From NCBI GenBank assembly GCA_965215195.1, contig CBDCDC010000002.1, forward strand, positions 3,104,001 to 3,168,000: 64,000 nt of DNA. Direction: 5' to 3'. Below the pieces are notes generated by a model. It saw nothing but the letters and a program-made list of their open reading frames with translations. It had not been told where the DNA came from and did not search any database. The stretch comes from Candidatus Latescibacterota bacterium (lineage in GTDB: Bacteria > Latescibacterota > UBA2968 > UBA8231). Below are positions 30,315-40,345 of the stretch, piece after piece. Both the position numbers and the translations under genes were made by a program. The stretch's first letter is position 1, and every line of letters begins with the position of its first letter.

Positions 30315-31067
30315 ATGTCTCATCTCTCGTCCGTAGACAAGCGTTCCTTTAGGGAAAGTGGCTGTCTCATCGTCCGCGGCGCACTCACGTCCGCGCAAAT
30401 CCAAGACGCTCAGGACGCCCTCTGGACCGGCATTGAGGCCGACCGCGACGATCCTGCAACTTGGGTTGAAGCGGGGCCTCGTTCCCCGGTGCCCGCCCAT
30501 CACCCGGCCATCCGCGCCGCCGTCCACGAGTCGCCGCTCTTTGCGATGATGGAGGAAATGGTCGGCGAAGGCCAGCTCAATCCCAACAACGCCGGTCCCG
30601 CGCTGGTTTACCCATCCAAAGACAAGGCTTGGTCTCTGCCCGAGCGCGGCCATCTCGACGGCTACTACACCCCTACCAACGGCGTACCCGAAGGCACGGT
30701 CAGCTACATGACCATCAACGTCACGATCTACGTCGAGGACATCGACTCGCAAGGCGGCTGCTTCATCTATTGGCCCGGCAGCCACAACGTGGCGTACGAG
30801 TACTTCCAGACGCACTCGCTGCTGTCCGTGCAGGGCGGCGTTTCCAGCGACGTATTTCCCGAAGGAACCTTTCCCAAAGGGTGCGAATTCGTCGGTAAAG
30901 CCGGCGATGCCATCTTCTGGCACGGCCAGCTCTTTCACACGGGCTCCAAGAACGTCAATCGCAGCATCCGCATGGCTCTCATCGGCCGCTTCTCGCGCAA
31001 AGACGCCAACGATATCCGCTTCGAGACCTGCGACGACCAATGGGCGCATTGGAAGGGGATTCGCTGA
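30315..31067 (+). CDS. Phytanoyl-CoA dioxygenase (PhyH) family
   Basis: GHLDG, WPGSH, AGDAIFWH..FHTG. Confidence 0.85.
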   Translation: MSHLSSVDKRSFRESGCLIVRGALTSAQIQDAQDALWTGIEADRDDPATWVEAGPRSPVPAHHPAIRAAVHESPLFAMMEEMVGEGQLNPNNAGPALVYPSKDKAWSLPERGHLDGYYTPTNGVPEGTVSYMTINVTIYVEDIDSQGGCFIYWPGSHNVAYEYFQTHSLLSVQGGVSSDVFPEGTFPKGCEFVGKAGDAIFWHGQLFHTGSKNVNRSIRMALIGRFSRKDANDIRFETCDDQWAHWKGIR

Positions 31068-31837
31068 TGCACCTCGTCTTCAGCCCGACCCTCTGCCCGG
31101 ACCTGCTCTTGCCCGAGGTGCTCGAGCTCGCCAAGGCGGCCGGCTTCTCCCGCGTCGAACTCTTCCGCGCTTATACCGAGAGCACCCCCGTCCACGGCGA
31201 CTGGTCCGTGCCGATGGTCCGCACCGCCATTGCGGACGCCGGCCTGCAATTTGCCGGCTTCAACATCCGCAACCTCACTGGCCGCAAGGCCGACTCGGAC
31301 GAGCGCAACCTCGCCTACAACCTGCGTCAGCTCGAATGGGATATCCACTTGGGTCGTGCCCTTGGCATCAAAACCCTGAACGCGAAGGGCGGTGCCCGCA
31401 CGGACGAGGCCCTCGCCGACCTCATTGAAGGCGTCAACAAGCTCCTCGACAACATCCCGGATATCGCCCTCAACTTGGGCAACCACAAAGGCAATCGCCT
31501 CCAAGGACTGGCCGACTACCAAGTGGTGCTGCCCGAGCTGCCCGAGCGGGCGCGGGTGCTCTTAGACACCGGACACCTGCTGTCGGTCGGCGAGCCGATC
31601 CTGCCCTTTGCCGAGGCCCTCGCCGGGCGCATCGGTCTCGTCCACCTGCGCGACCAGCGGGGCGAAAAGCCCGTGCCCTTCGGGGAAGGCGAACTGCCCT
31701 TTGCGGAGTTGTTTAGACTGTTAGCGGATAGCGGGTACGACGGCCCCCTCGTCGTCGAGCTGGAGGGCGTTGATTGGGACGAGCCGCTCCCGGCGGCCAT
31801 TGCCGCACGCCAATACGTCGAGGCCCTTCCCGGCTGA
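31067..31837 (+). CDS. Sugar phosphate isomerase/epimerase (TIM barrel)
   Basis: LLDTGH, VHLRD, PFGEGELP, GYDGPLVVELE. Confidence 0.85.
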   Translation: MHLVFSPTLCPDLLLPEVLELAKAAGFSRVELFRAYTESTPVHGDWSVPMVRTAIADAGLQFAGFNIRNLTGRKADSDERNLAYNLRQLEWDIHLGRALGIKTLNAKGGARTDEALADLIEGVNKLLDNIPDIALNLGNHKGNRLQGLADYQVVLPELPERARVLLDTGHLLSVGEPILPFAEALAGRIGLVHLRDQRGEKPVPFGEGELPFAELFRLLADSGYDGPLVVELEGVDWDEPLPAAIAARQYVEALPG

Positions 31838-31879
31838 GTTGGGGCACGACACCCCGTAGAAGCCGTTTTGAACTTTTGA

Positions 31880-32167
31880 TTAGGCGGCTTTTGGCTTGAC
31901 GTAAATTTCGACTTGCATCCCGGCCCGCGTCAGCATATTAATCAATTTATCCACACTAAAACGACTGATCTCCCCCTGCATTAAATTGCTAATGCGCGGT
32001 TGGGACTCGCCAAAAAATGTCGCGGCTTGACGTTGGGTCCATCCTCTAGTTTCGATGTACTTTCTCAGGTCGAGCATTAAATCAGCCCGGACTTTTAAGC
32101 TCGCCGCTTCTTCCCGCTCAAAACCAATATCCTCAAATACGTTATCGCTGCCTCGGGTCACTTCCAT
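31880..32167 (-). CDS. HigA-like XRE antitoxin
   Basis: GSDNVFEDIGF, WTQRQAA..QPRISNL..FSVDKL. Confidence 0.88.
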   Translation of the reverse strand: MEVTRGSDNVFEDIGFEREEAASLKVRADLMLDLRKYIETRGWTQRQAATFFGESQPRISNLMQGEISRFSVDKLINMLTRAGMQVEIYVKPKAA

Positions 32168-32182
32168 AGCGTAGCCTCCTTA

Positions 32183-32515
32183 TCATCCTTGCCTATGTTT
32201 TAGCAGCATTCGGTATCGTTGCTGGCCAAGTTGAATATCTTGCCTCGATGTGCGCTGCGTTTTTTTTTGGAAAGCATGCAAGACGTAGATGTCTTCTGCA
32301 AATTTGGCGACGTAGAAGATGCGATAAGCATTGCCTATATTGATGCGAATCTCCATGACGCCTGGGCCAATTGAGGGCATAGGTTTACAATCGGTCGGCG
32401 TTTCTCCCCGCTGCAAGGCTTGCAGTTCAAGACCTGCTTTACGGCGGGCCGATGTGGGGAAATTGCGTAGATCCTCTCTTGCAGACGCGACCCAAGAAAT
32501 AGACTTGTTTAACAT
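32183..32515 (-). CDS. RelE/ParE (Gp49-like) toxin
   Basis: AREDLRNFP..GPGVMEIRI..YRIFYVAKF..VLHAFQKKTQRT; start placed at ATG 32515. Confidence 0.88.
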   Translation of the reverse strand: MLNKSISWVASAREDLRNFPTSARRKAGLELQALQRGETPTDCKPMPSIGPGVMEIRINIGNAYRIFYVAKFAEDIYVLHAFQKKTQRTSRQDIQLGQQRYRMLLKHRQG

Positions 32516-32909
32516 ACACTTAATATACCTAATTCGGCATAAAAGCAACTGCACTAGTTGCAGTACATCTATTTTGCCTAAGGGATAAGACTCGGGTTTT
32601 CCTAGACCAGCAGCCGGTTGAGCAGGGCGTATCGCCGTCGCATCCTGCCCTTTGCCGAGGCCCTCGCCGGGCGCATCGGTCTCGTCCACCTGCGCGACCA
32701 GCGGGGCGAAAAGCCCGTGCCCTTCGGGGAAGGCGAACTGCCCTTTGCGGAGTTGTTTAGACTGTTAGCGGATAGCGGGTACGACGGCCCCCTCGTCGTC
32801 GAGCTCGAGGGCGTCAATTGGGACGAGCCGCTCCCGGCGGCCATTGCCGTGCGCCAATACGTCGAGGCCCTTCCCGGCTGAGTTGGGACGCAGCACCTCG
32901 TAGAACTAG

Positions 32910-35108
32910 CTACCGCAGCAGGGTGAGCTTGCGCGTCAAGACCGCCTCGTCCGTCACCAGTTGATACAGGTACGCGCCGCTGGCTACCGGGTGCCCGGCG
33001 GCGTCCCGACCGTCCCAGTGGAGCCGATGGTAGCCGGCCTGCTGCAGCCCTTGGTGCAAGACCGCCACCCGTTGCCCGCTCAATGCGAATACTTCTAAAC
33101 GCACCCGGCCCGGTTCCAGCAGGAAGTACGAAAGAATCGTCTCGCTGTTGAACGGATTGGGCGTGTTTGGCAGCAATTGGGTGCGGTCGGGCAGGGCTGC
33201 CAGCTTGCCACTGCCAAAAAAATCGTCGAAGCCAGCGAAGTTCGACTCTTGCCCGATGGCGGTAAAGGTCACCGGCTCAAGACCGGCGATAGTGGCCTCA
33301 ACGGTATTCGTCCCCGGATCGGAGCCTAGCCTCAGCACGTTTCTGGCTCGTCCGCTAGCATCGGTGGTGGCCGTTTCTGCCGACATCGTCCCGCCGCCGG
33401 CAGTGACCGAAAACGCGACGACTGCCCTCGCAATCGCCTCGTCGTCTTCATCCAACACTAAAACCACAAACGGCGCGCTTAGTTGTGCGCCGGCCAGCCC
33501 TTCTTGTCCATCGCCGGAGACCTTCGTCAGGCTGTGGGGAATTTGCACGACGGCGGCAGCAGTAAAAGTCACTACTTCAATTCCATCAACGGTGGCTTCA
33601 ACGGTGTTCGGCCCCGGATAGCTGCCCAGCGTCAGCTTGGTAGCGGCGCGGCCATTGACATCGGTCGTGGCGGTGGCCGCCGAGAGCGTCCCCCCGCCGG
33701 CAGTGACTGCAAAAGTGACGACCGCCCCGGCAAAAGCCAACCCGTCTTCATCCAACACCGAAACCACAAACGGCGCGGCCAATTGCTCACCGGCTGGTCC
33801 TTGCTGCTCATCGCCAGAGACCTTCGTCAGGCTGTGGGGAATTTGCACGACAGCGCTAGCAGTAAAAGTCACGGGTTCAAGACTATCAACGGTGGCTTCA
33901 ACGGTGTTCGGCCCCGGATCGCTGCCCAGCGTCAGTGTGGTAGCGGCGTGGCCGTTGACATCGGTCGTGGCGGTGGCCGCCGAGAGCGTCCCCCCGCCAG
34001 CGGTGACTGCAAAGGTGACGACCGCCCCGGCAAAAGCCAACCCGTCTTCATCCAACACCGAAACCACAAACGGCGCGGCTAGTTGCTCACCGATCGGTCC
34101 CCGTTGACCATCGCCTATTTTCACTAGGCTCTGAGGACGGGGTGGCACCCACTCAGATGTGTCCCATAACTTGATCGTGCCATCAATTGACCCGGAAGCG
34201 AGCATGGCCCCGTCGGGCGAAAACGCCACAGGATAGACAAAAGGCTCATGCTTGAAGGTGGCGATACTTTCTTTGCTTAAAACGTTCCAAAGTTTGACGC
34301 TGTTACTGCCGGAAGCGAGCGTGGCCCCATCGGGCGAAAACGCCACAGGCCAAAACCCATCCTCAGGACCAAGGATGGCAATAGTTTGTCTCGTCGCAAC
34401 GTCCCACAGCCTGGCCGTGCCATCAATTGACCCGGAAGCGAGCGTGGCCCCGTCGGGCGAAAACGCCACGGACCAGACGTGATTTAGATGCCCCTCAAGG
34501 GTGGCGATATTCCTTCCGGTCTCTACATCCCACAGCTTGACCGTGCTGTCCTGTGCCCCGGAAGCGAGCGTGGCCCCGTCGGGCGAAAACGCCACCGATT
34601 GGACCGTACCCGTATGGTCTGGAAGGATAGCCGTGTTGGCCCCGGTCGCAACGTCCCACAGCTTGAGCCCAGCAAAGAAATCCATAGAAGCAAGCATCGC
34701 ACCATCGGGCGAAAACGCCACAGCTCCATTTCCTCTAAGGGTGGCGGTATTTTCGCCGGTCGCAACGTCCCACAGCTCAATCCCCCTACTCGACCCGTAA
34801 GCGAGGGTCGCGCCATCGGGTGAGAACGCGACCGAGACGAAAAAGTTCGAAGCCCCACCCTCGGAGAAGGTGGCAACATTCCTTCTCGTCCCTACGTCCC
34901 ACAGCTTGACCGGGCCGTCCGATGAAACGGAAGCGAGCGTTGCTCCGTCGGGCGAAAACGCCATCGAGAGGATCCAATTCGCATGCCCCTTAAAGGTGGC
35001 GATATGGTGTGGCGAAGCTGGCGCTGACGACGCATGTACGACCACCAGTGGCAAGAAAGCGAGGCCGATTAGCGCGAAACGGGCGGAGTGAAAAACCGGG
35101 GTTTTCAT
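32910..35108 (-). CDS. Secreted WD40 beta-propeller + 3 Ig-like domains + FlgD/T9SS-like C-terminal domain
   Basis: Seven AFSPDGA repeats with KLWD; three ~100-aa Ig repeats; PNPFNSET..HWDGRDAAG..ASGAYLY. Confidence 0.88.
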   Translation of the reverse strand: MKTPVFHSARFALIGLAFLPLVVVHASSAPASPHHIATFKGHANWILSMAFSPDGATLASVSSDGPVKLWDVGTRRNVATFSEGGASNFFVSVAFSPDGATLAYGSSRGIELWDVATGENTATLRGNGAVAFSPDGAMLASMDFFAGLKLWDVATGANTAILPDHTGTVQSVAFSPDGATLASGAQDSTVKLWDVETGRNIATLEGHLNHVWSVAFSPDGATLASGSIDGTARLWDVATRQTIAILGPEDGFWPVAFSPDGATLASGSNSVKLWNVLSKESIATFKHEPFVYPVAFSPDGAMLASGSIDGTIKLWDTSEWVPPRPQSLVKIGDGQRGPIGEQLAAPFVVSVLDEDGLAFAGAVVTFAVTAGGGTLSAATATTDVNGHAATTLTLGSDPGPNTVEATVDSLEPVTFTASAVVQIPHSLTKVSGDEQQGPAGEQLAAPFVVSVLDEDGLAFAGAVVTFAVTAGGGTLSAATATTDVNGRAATKLTLGSYPGPNTVEATVDGIEVVTFTAAAVVQIPHSLTKVSGDGQEGLAGAQLSAPFVVLVLDEDDEAIARAVVAFSVTAGGGTMSAETATTDASGRARNVLRLGSDPGTNTVEATIAGLEPVTFTAIGQESNFAGFDDFFGSGKLAALPDRTQLLPNTPNPFNSETILSYFLLEPGRVRLEVFALSGQRVAVLHQGLQQAGYHRLHWDGRDAAGHPVASGAYLYQLVTDEAVLTRKLTLLR

Positions 35109-35291
35109 TGGGTTCAGACTCCTGTGTGTTCGGTTTGCGTCCACGTCGGACGTGGCCGGACCGTATTCTGCTCTAGCGCTGCGGAAAGCTCGTACAAGGG
35201 CAAGGCACTGTCAAGAAAGCATTCGCACAGTTTGCCCCAGCCTATACCACCTCATACATTCCCCGCCTAGACCCCCACCGAGGAGCCTACC

Positions 35292-37178
35292 ATGAAACGC
35301 ATCACCGCCACCGACTTCCGCGACTATCGCCGCGACCGCTTCATCGACGCCCAAACCACCCCGGCCGCCCGCCTCGCCCCCACCTATCTGCTCACCAACG
35401 AAATGGGCGTTGACGGCGATATCTGCGAGGAACTCACCCCGGCCTCTTGTGCAAAGGTCGAATTCAACATCCCCTCGGCCAAGACCAAAGGGGCCGAGTT
35501 GCTTTTCTACGTCAACGCCGACCAAACCACCGCCGACAAACCCATGCGGCTCCAAGTCAACGGCCACGTCCTCACGCACCGCCAAGACCGCCAGCGCATG
35601 CTCACCGGCGGTTGGGACCGCAAGAAAATCGCCGCCAAATACCTCAAAAACGGCACCAATGAATTCGTCTTCTCGCACAGCGGCGTGTTGCACATTGACC
35701 CCTTCCCGGGCGGTCTGGCCGACGCGCCCCCAAGCCATTCGAGCCGCAGCTTTGACGGCGGCAAGACTTGGCACCAAGGTGCCCTCGGCGAGGCCCGCGC
35801 CATGGACGGCGAGTACCTAGTGCGGCTGCGCCTCAAGGGGCATCCGCCCCAAGGGACGCTCTGCTCGCCGGTCATTGACCTCGCCGACGAAGACGGCCGC
35901 GGCCGCATCGCCCCTCGGCTGGGGATTCGCCGCCTACACCTAAAAGCGCGGATGCGCCAGCCGCAGGGGACCCAGATACACTTTGAACTGCGCACGGGTT
36001 CGACGCCTTCCTTTGACCCGCGCACTTGGACAGCTTGGGAACGATGCACGGCCTTGCAGTGGCCCGAGCGCTTTGTGCAGTGGCGCGCCATCCTTGAAAC
36101 CGACTCGGCCAACAAGACCCCGACGCTTCAGGCCGTCACCCTCCAAGCCGACATTGAGGAAGACGCCCAGAGCCTCGCTCCCTTCAAGCGGGCAGAACTT
36201 GACCAACCCCAACTCGTGTACAGCTCGTACCCCTTCGCCTATATGGGGCTGCACCCGCACCAAGAGCGGCTGCGCAAACAGTACCGCCTCGACGAGGTCA
36301 TCGCCGCCGGCAAAACCGAACTCGAACAGCTAGCGCTCTTGCGCGACTGGGTCCACAGCCAGTGGCTGGGCTGGCAATCCGACAAATATCCCCACTGCCC
36401 CTCTTGGAATCCGCTCGAAGTCCTCGACACCACCAAGGGAGACTGGGGCTTTGGCATGTGTACCCACTACGGAGCGGTGTTCGCCGGCTGTGCCTCGGCC
36501 TTGGGGTGGGTGGCCCGCTCAATCGTCGTCGATCACCATTGCTTGGCCGAGGTCTGGTGCGAAGAGTTGCAAAAGTGGATCCTCGAAGACGCCGGGCCGA
36601 CCCGCGAATTCGACGCCACCTACGAAATCGACGGCGTACCCATCAGCGCCTTGGAGCTGCACGAGGCCGCCGCGGACGAGCGGCGCGAAACGATCATGGC
36701 CAACAAGCTGCCGCAAAAAGTCGTCGAGCCCATGTCCAGCTACATCGACGTCTTCTGCCGCTTTGGCATTCCGCTGCGCAACACGCACCTGATCTTTGCC
36801 GAGCCGGCCGAGCTGCGCCACGGTGCCGGGCAGTACCACTGGGATGGCTATCTGTGGTGGTCGGACGACGTCGATCCCCGCTACGCCGAATACTCCTTGC
36901 AGACCTCCCGCCCCGGGGATTTCTACTGGTCGGTCAACCAGACGCGGCTCTACCTCCAAGTGGCGGAAAAGGCGCGTACTCTGCAAGTCGATCTAGAGCA
37001 CACCGCGCCCAACTTCTCGCACTTCTTGGTGCGCCAAGACGGCGGCCCATGGCGCGAGGAGCGCGAGGCCCGCTTTGAGTGGACGCTCGCCGCGGGCGAA
37101 AACCTACTCGAAGCGCGGGCGGTCAATGTCTTCGGCAAGAAGGGCCGCATCGCCAAAGCATGCGTCGAAGCGTCGTAA
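35292..37178 (+). CDS. Transglutaminase-like (Cys-His-Asp) domain protein
   Basis: GMCTHYG, HHCLAEVW, WILED. Confidence 0.7.
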   Translation: MKRITATDFRDYRRDRFIDAQTTPAARLAPTYLLTNEMGVDGDICEELTPASCAKVEFNIPSAKTKGAELLFYVNADQTTADKPMRLQVNGHVLTHRQDRQRMLTGGWDRKKIAAKYLKNGTNEFVFSHSGVLHIDPFPGGLADAPPSHSSRSFDGGKTWHQGALGEARAMDGEYLVRLRLKGHPPQGTLCSPVIDLADEDGRGRIAPRLGIRRLHLKARMRQPQGTQIHFELRTGSTPSFDPRTWTAWERCTALQWPERFVQWRAILETDSANKTPTLQAVTLQADIEEDAQSLAPFKRAELDQPQLVYSSYPFAYMGLHPHQERLRKQYRLDEVIAAGKTELEQLALLRDWVHSQWLGWQSDKYPHCPSWNPLEVLDTTKGDWGFGMCTHYGAVFAGCASALGWVARSIVVDHHCLAEVWCEELQKWILEDAGPTREFDATYEIDGVPISALELHEAAADERRETIMANKLPQKVVEPMSSYIDVFCRFGIPLRNTHLIFAEPAELRHGAGQYHWDGYLWWSDDVDPRYAEYSLQTSRPGDFYWSVNQTRLYLQVAEKARTLQVDLEHTAPNFSHFLVRQDGGPWREEREARFEWTLAAGENLLEARAVNVFGKKGRIAKACVEAS

Positions 37179-37191
37179 AATCACTTAGCCT

Positions 37192-38631
37192 GTGAGCGCC
37201 TCGCTCTCCCTTGCCACGCGCGCCCTGCGCGGTTTCCTCTGGAATGGCAGTGCTTCCCTCATCCAGATCGGCGTCATGCTGGCGCTTTACGCGCTCTTGC
37301 CGCTCGGCGACTTGGGCCGTTTTGAGTGGGCACTAGCCCTAGTGATGCTCCTATCGCTGGTCGGCGACTTGGGTCTGGGCGCAGCCCTAATCCAGCTACC
37401 GGACGCGGGCGAGGAACACTTTGACGCGGCCTTTTGGACTTGTTTGAGCTGGGGACTGCTGCTCACGGCCGCGGTCGTGGCCGCGTCTTCTTGGCTGGCC
37501 TCTTTTTTGGGGGGCGAAGACCCGCACACCTTCGGCCGCGTCCTGCGCACGTTCTGTCTGGCGATCCCCTTTGCCTCATTGGCGGGCCTGTTGCGGGCCA
37601 GACTACAGCGCGACCTCAACTTCCGCGCCGTGGCCCTTTCCGAGCTCGTTTCGGTCCTGACCTTCGGCCTCGCGGTGACATTCCTGCTTTTCTGGCGCCC
37701 GGACTTGGGCGTCTTGGTCCCGGTCGTCGGCTCAGTCGTGCGCGAACTAGGTCTTTTCAGCAGCCTCGCGCTTTCGTCCCGCTGGCTTCCGCGCCTGCGC
37801 TTCCGGCCCCAAGCGCTGCGCCAGATTCTTGGCTTCGCGCTGAATTTTACGGGTTCGCGTGCGGTCGCCTTTCTCAATGCCAAGATCGCTTATGTCTTCA
37901 TCTTCGTACCGCTGGGGGCCACCGCCCAAGCCTATTACAGTTTGGCCGAGCGATTGACCTTGCAGCCTTTGACCCGGCTGGCCACAACCATCCAGCGCAT
38001 CTCCTTCCCAACCTTTTCGGCGATTGTAGAAGACGACTCGCTTCTGCGCCGCGGCTATTTGTCCTCGGTACAGGGCTTCGTGCTGGCGCTGGGTCCGGCC
38101 CTCGCGGGGATATTCGTCTTCGCGCCGGAGATTGCCGCCTTGGTCAACACCGAGCCGATGTGGATGGTGCTTCGCCTGTTGGCCGCAGCCACGCTTTTGA
38201 AAGTAGCTGGCTCCTTGGTCGGCTCAATTTTCATGGCCAAAGGCAAGGCCAACTGGTCTTTCTATTGGTCGCTCTTTAGCATGGGGGTGCTGATCCCGGC
38301 ACTGTACTTCTATGGCCTGCCGCACGGCGTCGAAGGCGTGGCCAGCGTCATCGCCGCGGCCGCTTTGCTGTTCCTGCTGCTTTCGCAGCATCTCGTCAAC
38401 CGCTTGATTGACCTGCCTTTTGCAACCTATCTCGCCGCGCTCAGCCGTCCCGGTTTGGTGGTTGCCTTCGTCTTCGTCGTCCTCCTGCTCGGCCGCTCCT
38501 TATTGTCGGGACCACCACTTGCCGTTCTCGCCGTCGGTGCGGCCCTCGGTGTCGGCGCGGCCTCAGCGGCCCTTTTCCTCTTCGCCCGTGCCCTCTGCCG
38601 CACCTATTGGCAGAGCCTGCGCGGGCATTGA
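37192..38631 (+). CDS. Wzx-type oligosaccharide flippase
   Basis: DLGLGAALIQ, LQRDLNFR, many TM segments. Confidence 0.85.
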   Translation: MSASLSLATRALRGFLWNGSASLIQIGVMLALYALLPLGDLGRFEWALALVMLLSLVGDLGLGAALIQLPDAGEEHFDAAFWTCLSWGLLLTAAVVAASSWLASFLGGEDPHTFGRVLRTFCLAIPFASLAGLLRARLQRDLNFRAVALSELVSVLTFGLAVTFLLFWRPDLGVLVPVVGSVVRELGLFSSLALSSRWLPRLRFRPQALRQILGFALNFTGSRAVAFLNAKIAYVFIFVPLGATAQAYYSLAERLTLQPLTRLATTIQRISFPTFSAIVEDDSLLRRGYLSSVQGFVLALGPALAGIFVFAPEIAALVNTEPMWMVLRLLAAATLLKVAGSLVGSIFMAKGKANWSFYWSLFSMGVLIPALYFYGLPHGVEGVASVIAAAALLFLLLSQHLVNRLIDLPFATYLAALSRPGLVVAFVFVVLLLGRSLLSGPPLAVLAVGAALGVGAASAALFLFARALCRTYWQSLRGH

Positions 38632-38708
38632 TTCGGCCCTAGCGAAAATTGCGTGGGGGGCTGTTTTGGAATATGTTTTTAAGGAACTGCTCTAAAGGAG
38701 ATTGCGCT

Positions 38709-39608
38709 ATGAGCGAGATACAAAACGGCCAGAGTGGCACCCTGCGCCTCAAGACTGGCCTCGCCGAAATGCTCAAGGGCGGGGTCATCATGGACGTCGT
38801 CACCGCCGACCAAGCCAAGATCGCCGAAGACGCCGGGGCCGCCTCGGTCATGGCGCTGGAAAGAGTGCCCGCCGACATCCGCGCTGAAGGCGGGGTGTCG
38901 CGCATGTCGAGCGTCGAGAAGCTGCGCCAGATCATGGAGGCGGTCTCCATTCCGGTCATGGCCAAATGCCGCATCGGGCACTTTGCCGAAGCGCAGATGC
39001 TGCAAGCCCTCGGGATTGACTACATCGACGAAAGCGAGGTCCTGACCCCAGCCGACGAGCACTATCACGTCGATAAATTCGCCTTTGAGGTGCCCTTTGT
39101 CTGCGGCTGCCGCAACCTCGGCGAGGCCCTGCGGCGGATTGGCGAGGGCGCGGCCATGATCCGCACCAAGGGCGAGGCTGGCTCGGGCAACATCGTCGAG
39201 GCCGTGCGCCACATGCGCTCGGTCACCGACGAGATCCGCCGGCTGACCATCTTGCGTCCCGAGCAGCTAATGACCGCGGCCAAAGACCTAGGCGCACCGT
39301 ATGAACTGGTCTGCTGGATCGCCGAGCACGGCAAGCTGCCGGTGCCCAATTTTGCCGCCGGCGGCGTGGCCACGCCAGCCGATGCCTCCCTGATGATGCA
39401 GCTCGGGGCCGAGGCCATTTTCGTCGGCTCTGGGATTTTTAAGTCCGGCGATCCGGCCAACCGCGCCAAAGCCATCGTCGAGGCCACCACCCACTACGAC
39501 GACCCAGAGGTCCTAATCCGCGTCTCTGAAAACCTCGGCGAGGCTATGGTCGGCATCAACATCGACACCCTCGAAGAGAAGGACAAACTACAAACCCGCG
39601 GCTGGTAG
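38709..39608 (+). CDS. pdxS: PLP synthase subunit
   Basis: [31 protein letters not shown]. Confidence 0.97.
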   Translation: MSEIQNGQSGTLRLKTGLAEMLKGGVIMDVVTADQAKIAEDAGAASVMALERVPADIRAEGGVSRMSSVEKLRQIMEAVSIPVMAKCRIGHFAEAQMLQALGIDYIDESEVLTPADEHYHVDKFAFEVPFVCGCRNLGEALRRIGEGAAMIRTKGEAGSGNIVEAVRHMRSVTDEIRRLTILRPEQLMTAAKDLGAPYELVCWIAEHGKLPVPNFAAGGVATPADASLMMQLGAEAIFVGSGIFKSGDPANRAKAIVEATTHYDDPEVLIRVSENLGEAMVGINIDTLEEKDKLQTRGW

Positions 39609-39682
39609 GACGCCGCACCGATGCAAACGGAAAATGCCCCGTCTCTGCTGTGTCAGGGACGGGGCAATTTTATGGTAAAGCG

Positions 39683-40249
39683 ATGATTGGAATTTTGGGA
39701 TTGCAGGGTGACTACGCAGCCCACGGCAAAATGCTCGACGCCTTGGCGGTCGAATCCCGCGTGGTCAAAAAGCCGGCGCAATTGTCTGCGGTTGACGGCC
39801 TGATCTTTCCCGGCGGCGAGAGCACGACGCTCATCAAGCTCATGGACTCTTGGGCTTTCTGGGCACCGCTGAGGGACTTTGCCGCGGCCGGCAACCCCAT
39901 CTTTGGCACCTGCGCCGGGATGATCCTATTGGCCAAAGGCGTCTCCAACCCGCCGCAGAAGTCCCTCGGCCTGATCGATATCGACGTCGAGCGCAACAGC
40001 TATGGCCGCCAAGTCGATAGCTTTGAGGGGACGGGCGGATGGGCGGCGGATGGGCAATCGCGAGCATTGCCGATGATCTTTATCCGCGCACCCCGCATCG
40101 CGCGGTTGGGCGACGGGGTCGCGGCACTGGCCACGTGCGGCGACGATGTGGTTGTGGCGCGCCAAGGCCAAGTGCTCGTCGCCTCGTTCCATCCCGAACT
40201 GACCAGCGACTTGAGCCTACATCGCTACTTTGTCGCTATGGTTGGATAA
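39683..40249 (+). CDS. pdxT: PLP synthase glutaminase subunit
   Basis: PGGEST, GTCAG, RNSYGRQVDSF, FHPEL. Confidence 0.96.
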   Translation: MIGILGLQGDYAAHGKMLDALAVESRVVKKPAQLSAVDGLIFPGGESTTLIKLMDSWAFWAPLRDFAAAGNPIFGTCAGMILLAKGVSNPPQKSLGLIDIDVERNSYGRQVDSFEGTGGWAADGQSRALPMIFIRAPRIARLGDGVAALATCGDDVVVARQGQVLVASFHPELTSDLSLHRYFVAMVG

Positions 40250-40255
40250 TAATAA

Positions 40256-40328
40256 CTGATGTTACGCAGTCGTTCTCGGTGGTGTCATTCCCGCTTGCAC
40301 AGGCATGACAAACGCTGCGTAACATCAG
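40256..40328. mobile_element. MITE (73 bp) with internal REP-like remnant
   Basis: Perfect 14-bp TIR CTGATGTTACGCAG / CTGCGTAACATCAG; TAA on both flanks; internal TGTCATTCCCGC...GCATGACA. Confidence 0.8.
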
Positions 40329-40345
40329 TAAGAAATTGCTCTGGA

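Larger units (their letters stand above)
31598..32905 (+). repeat. ~264-bp direct repeat (31598-31861 and 32642-32905) duplicating the isomerase 3' end around a TA pair
   Basis: Near-identical copies, 1044-bp offset, a few substitutions. Confidence 0.93.

Noticed and set aside
32618-32881. Independent 87-aa gene
   Set aside because: It is the duplicated 3' end of the gene at 31067-31837.
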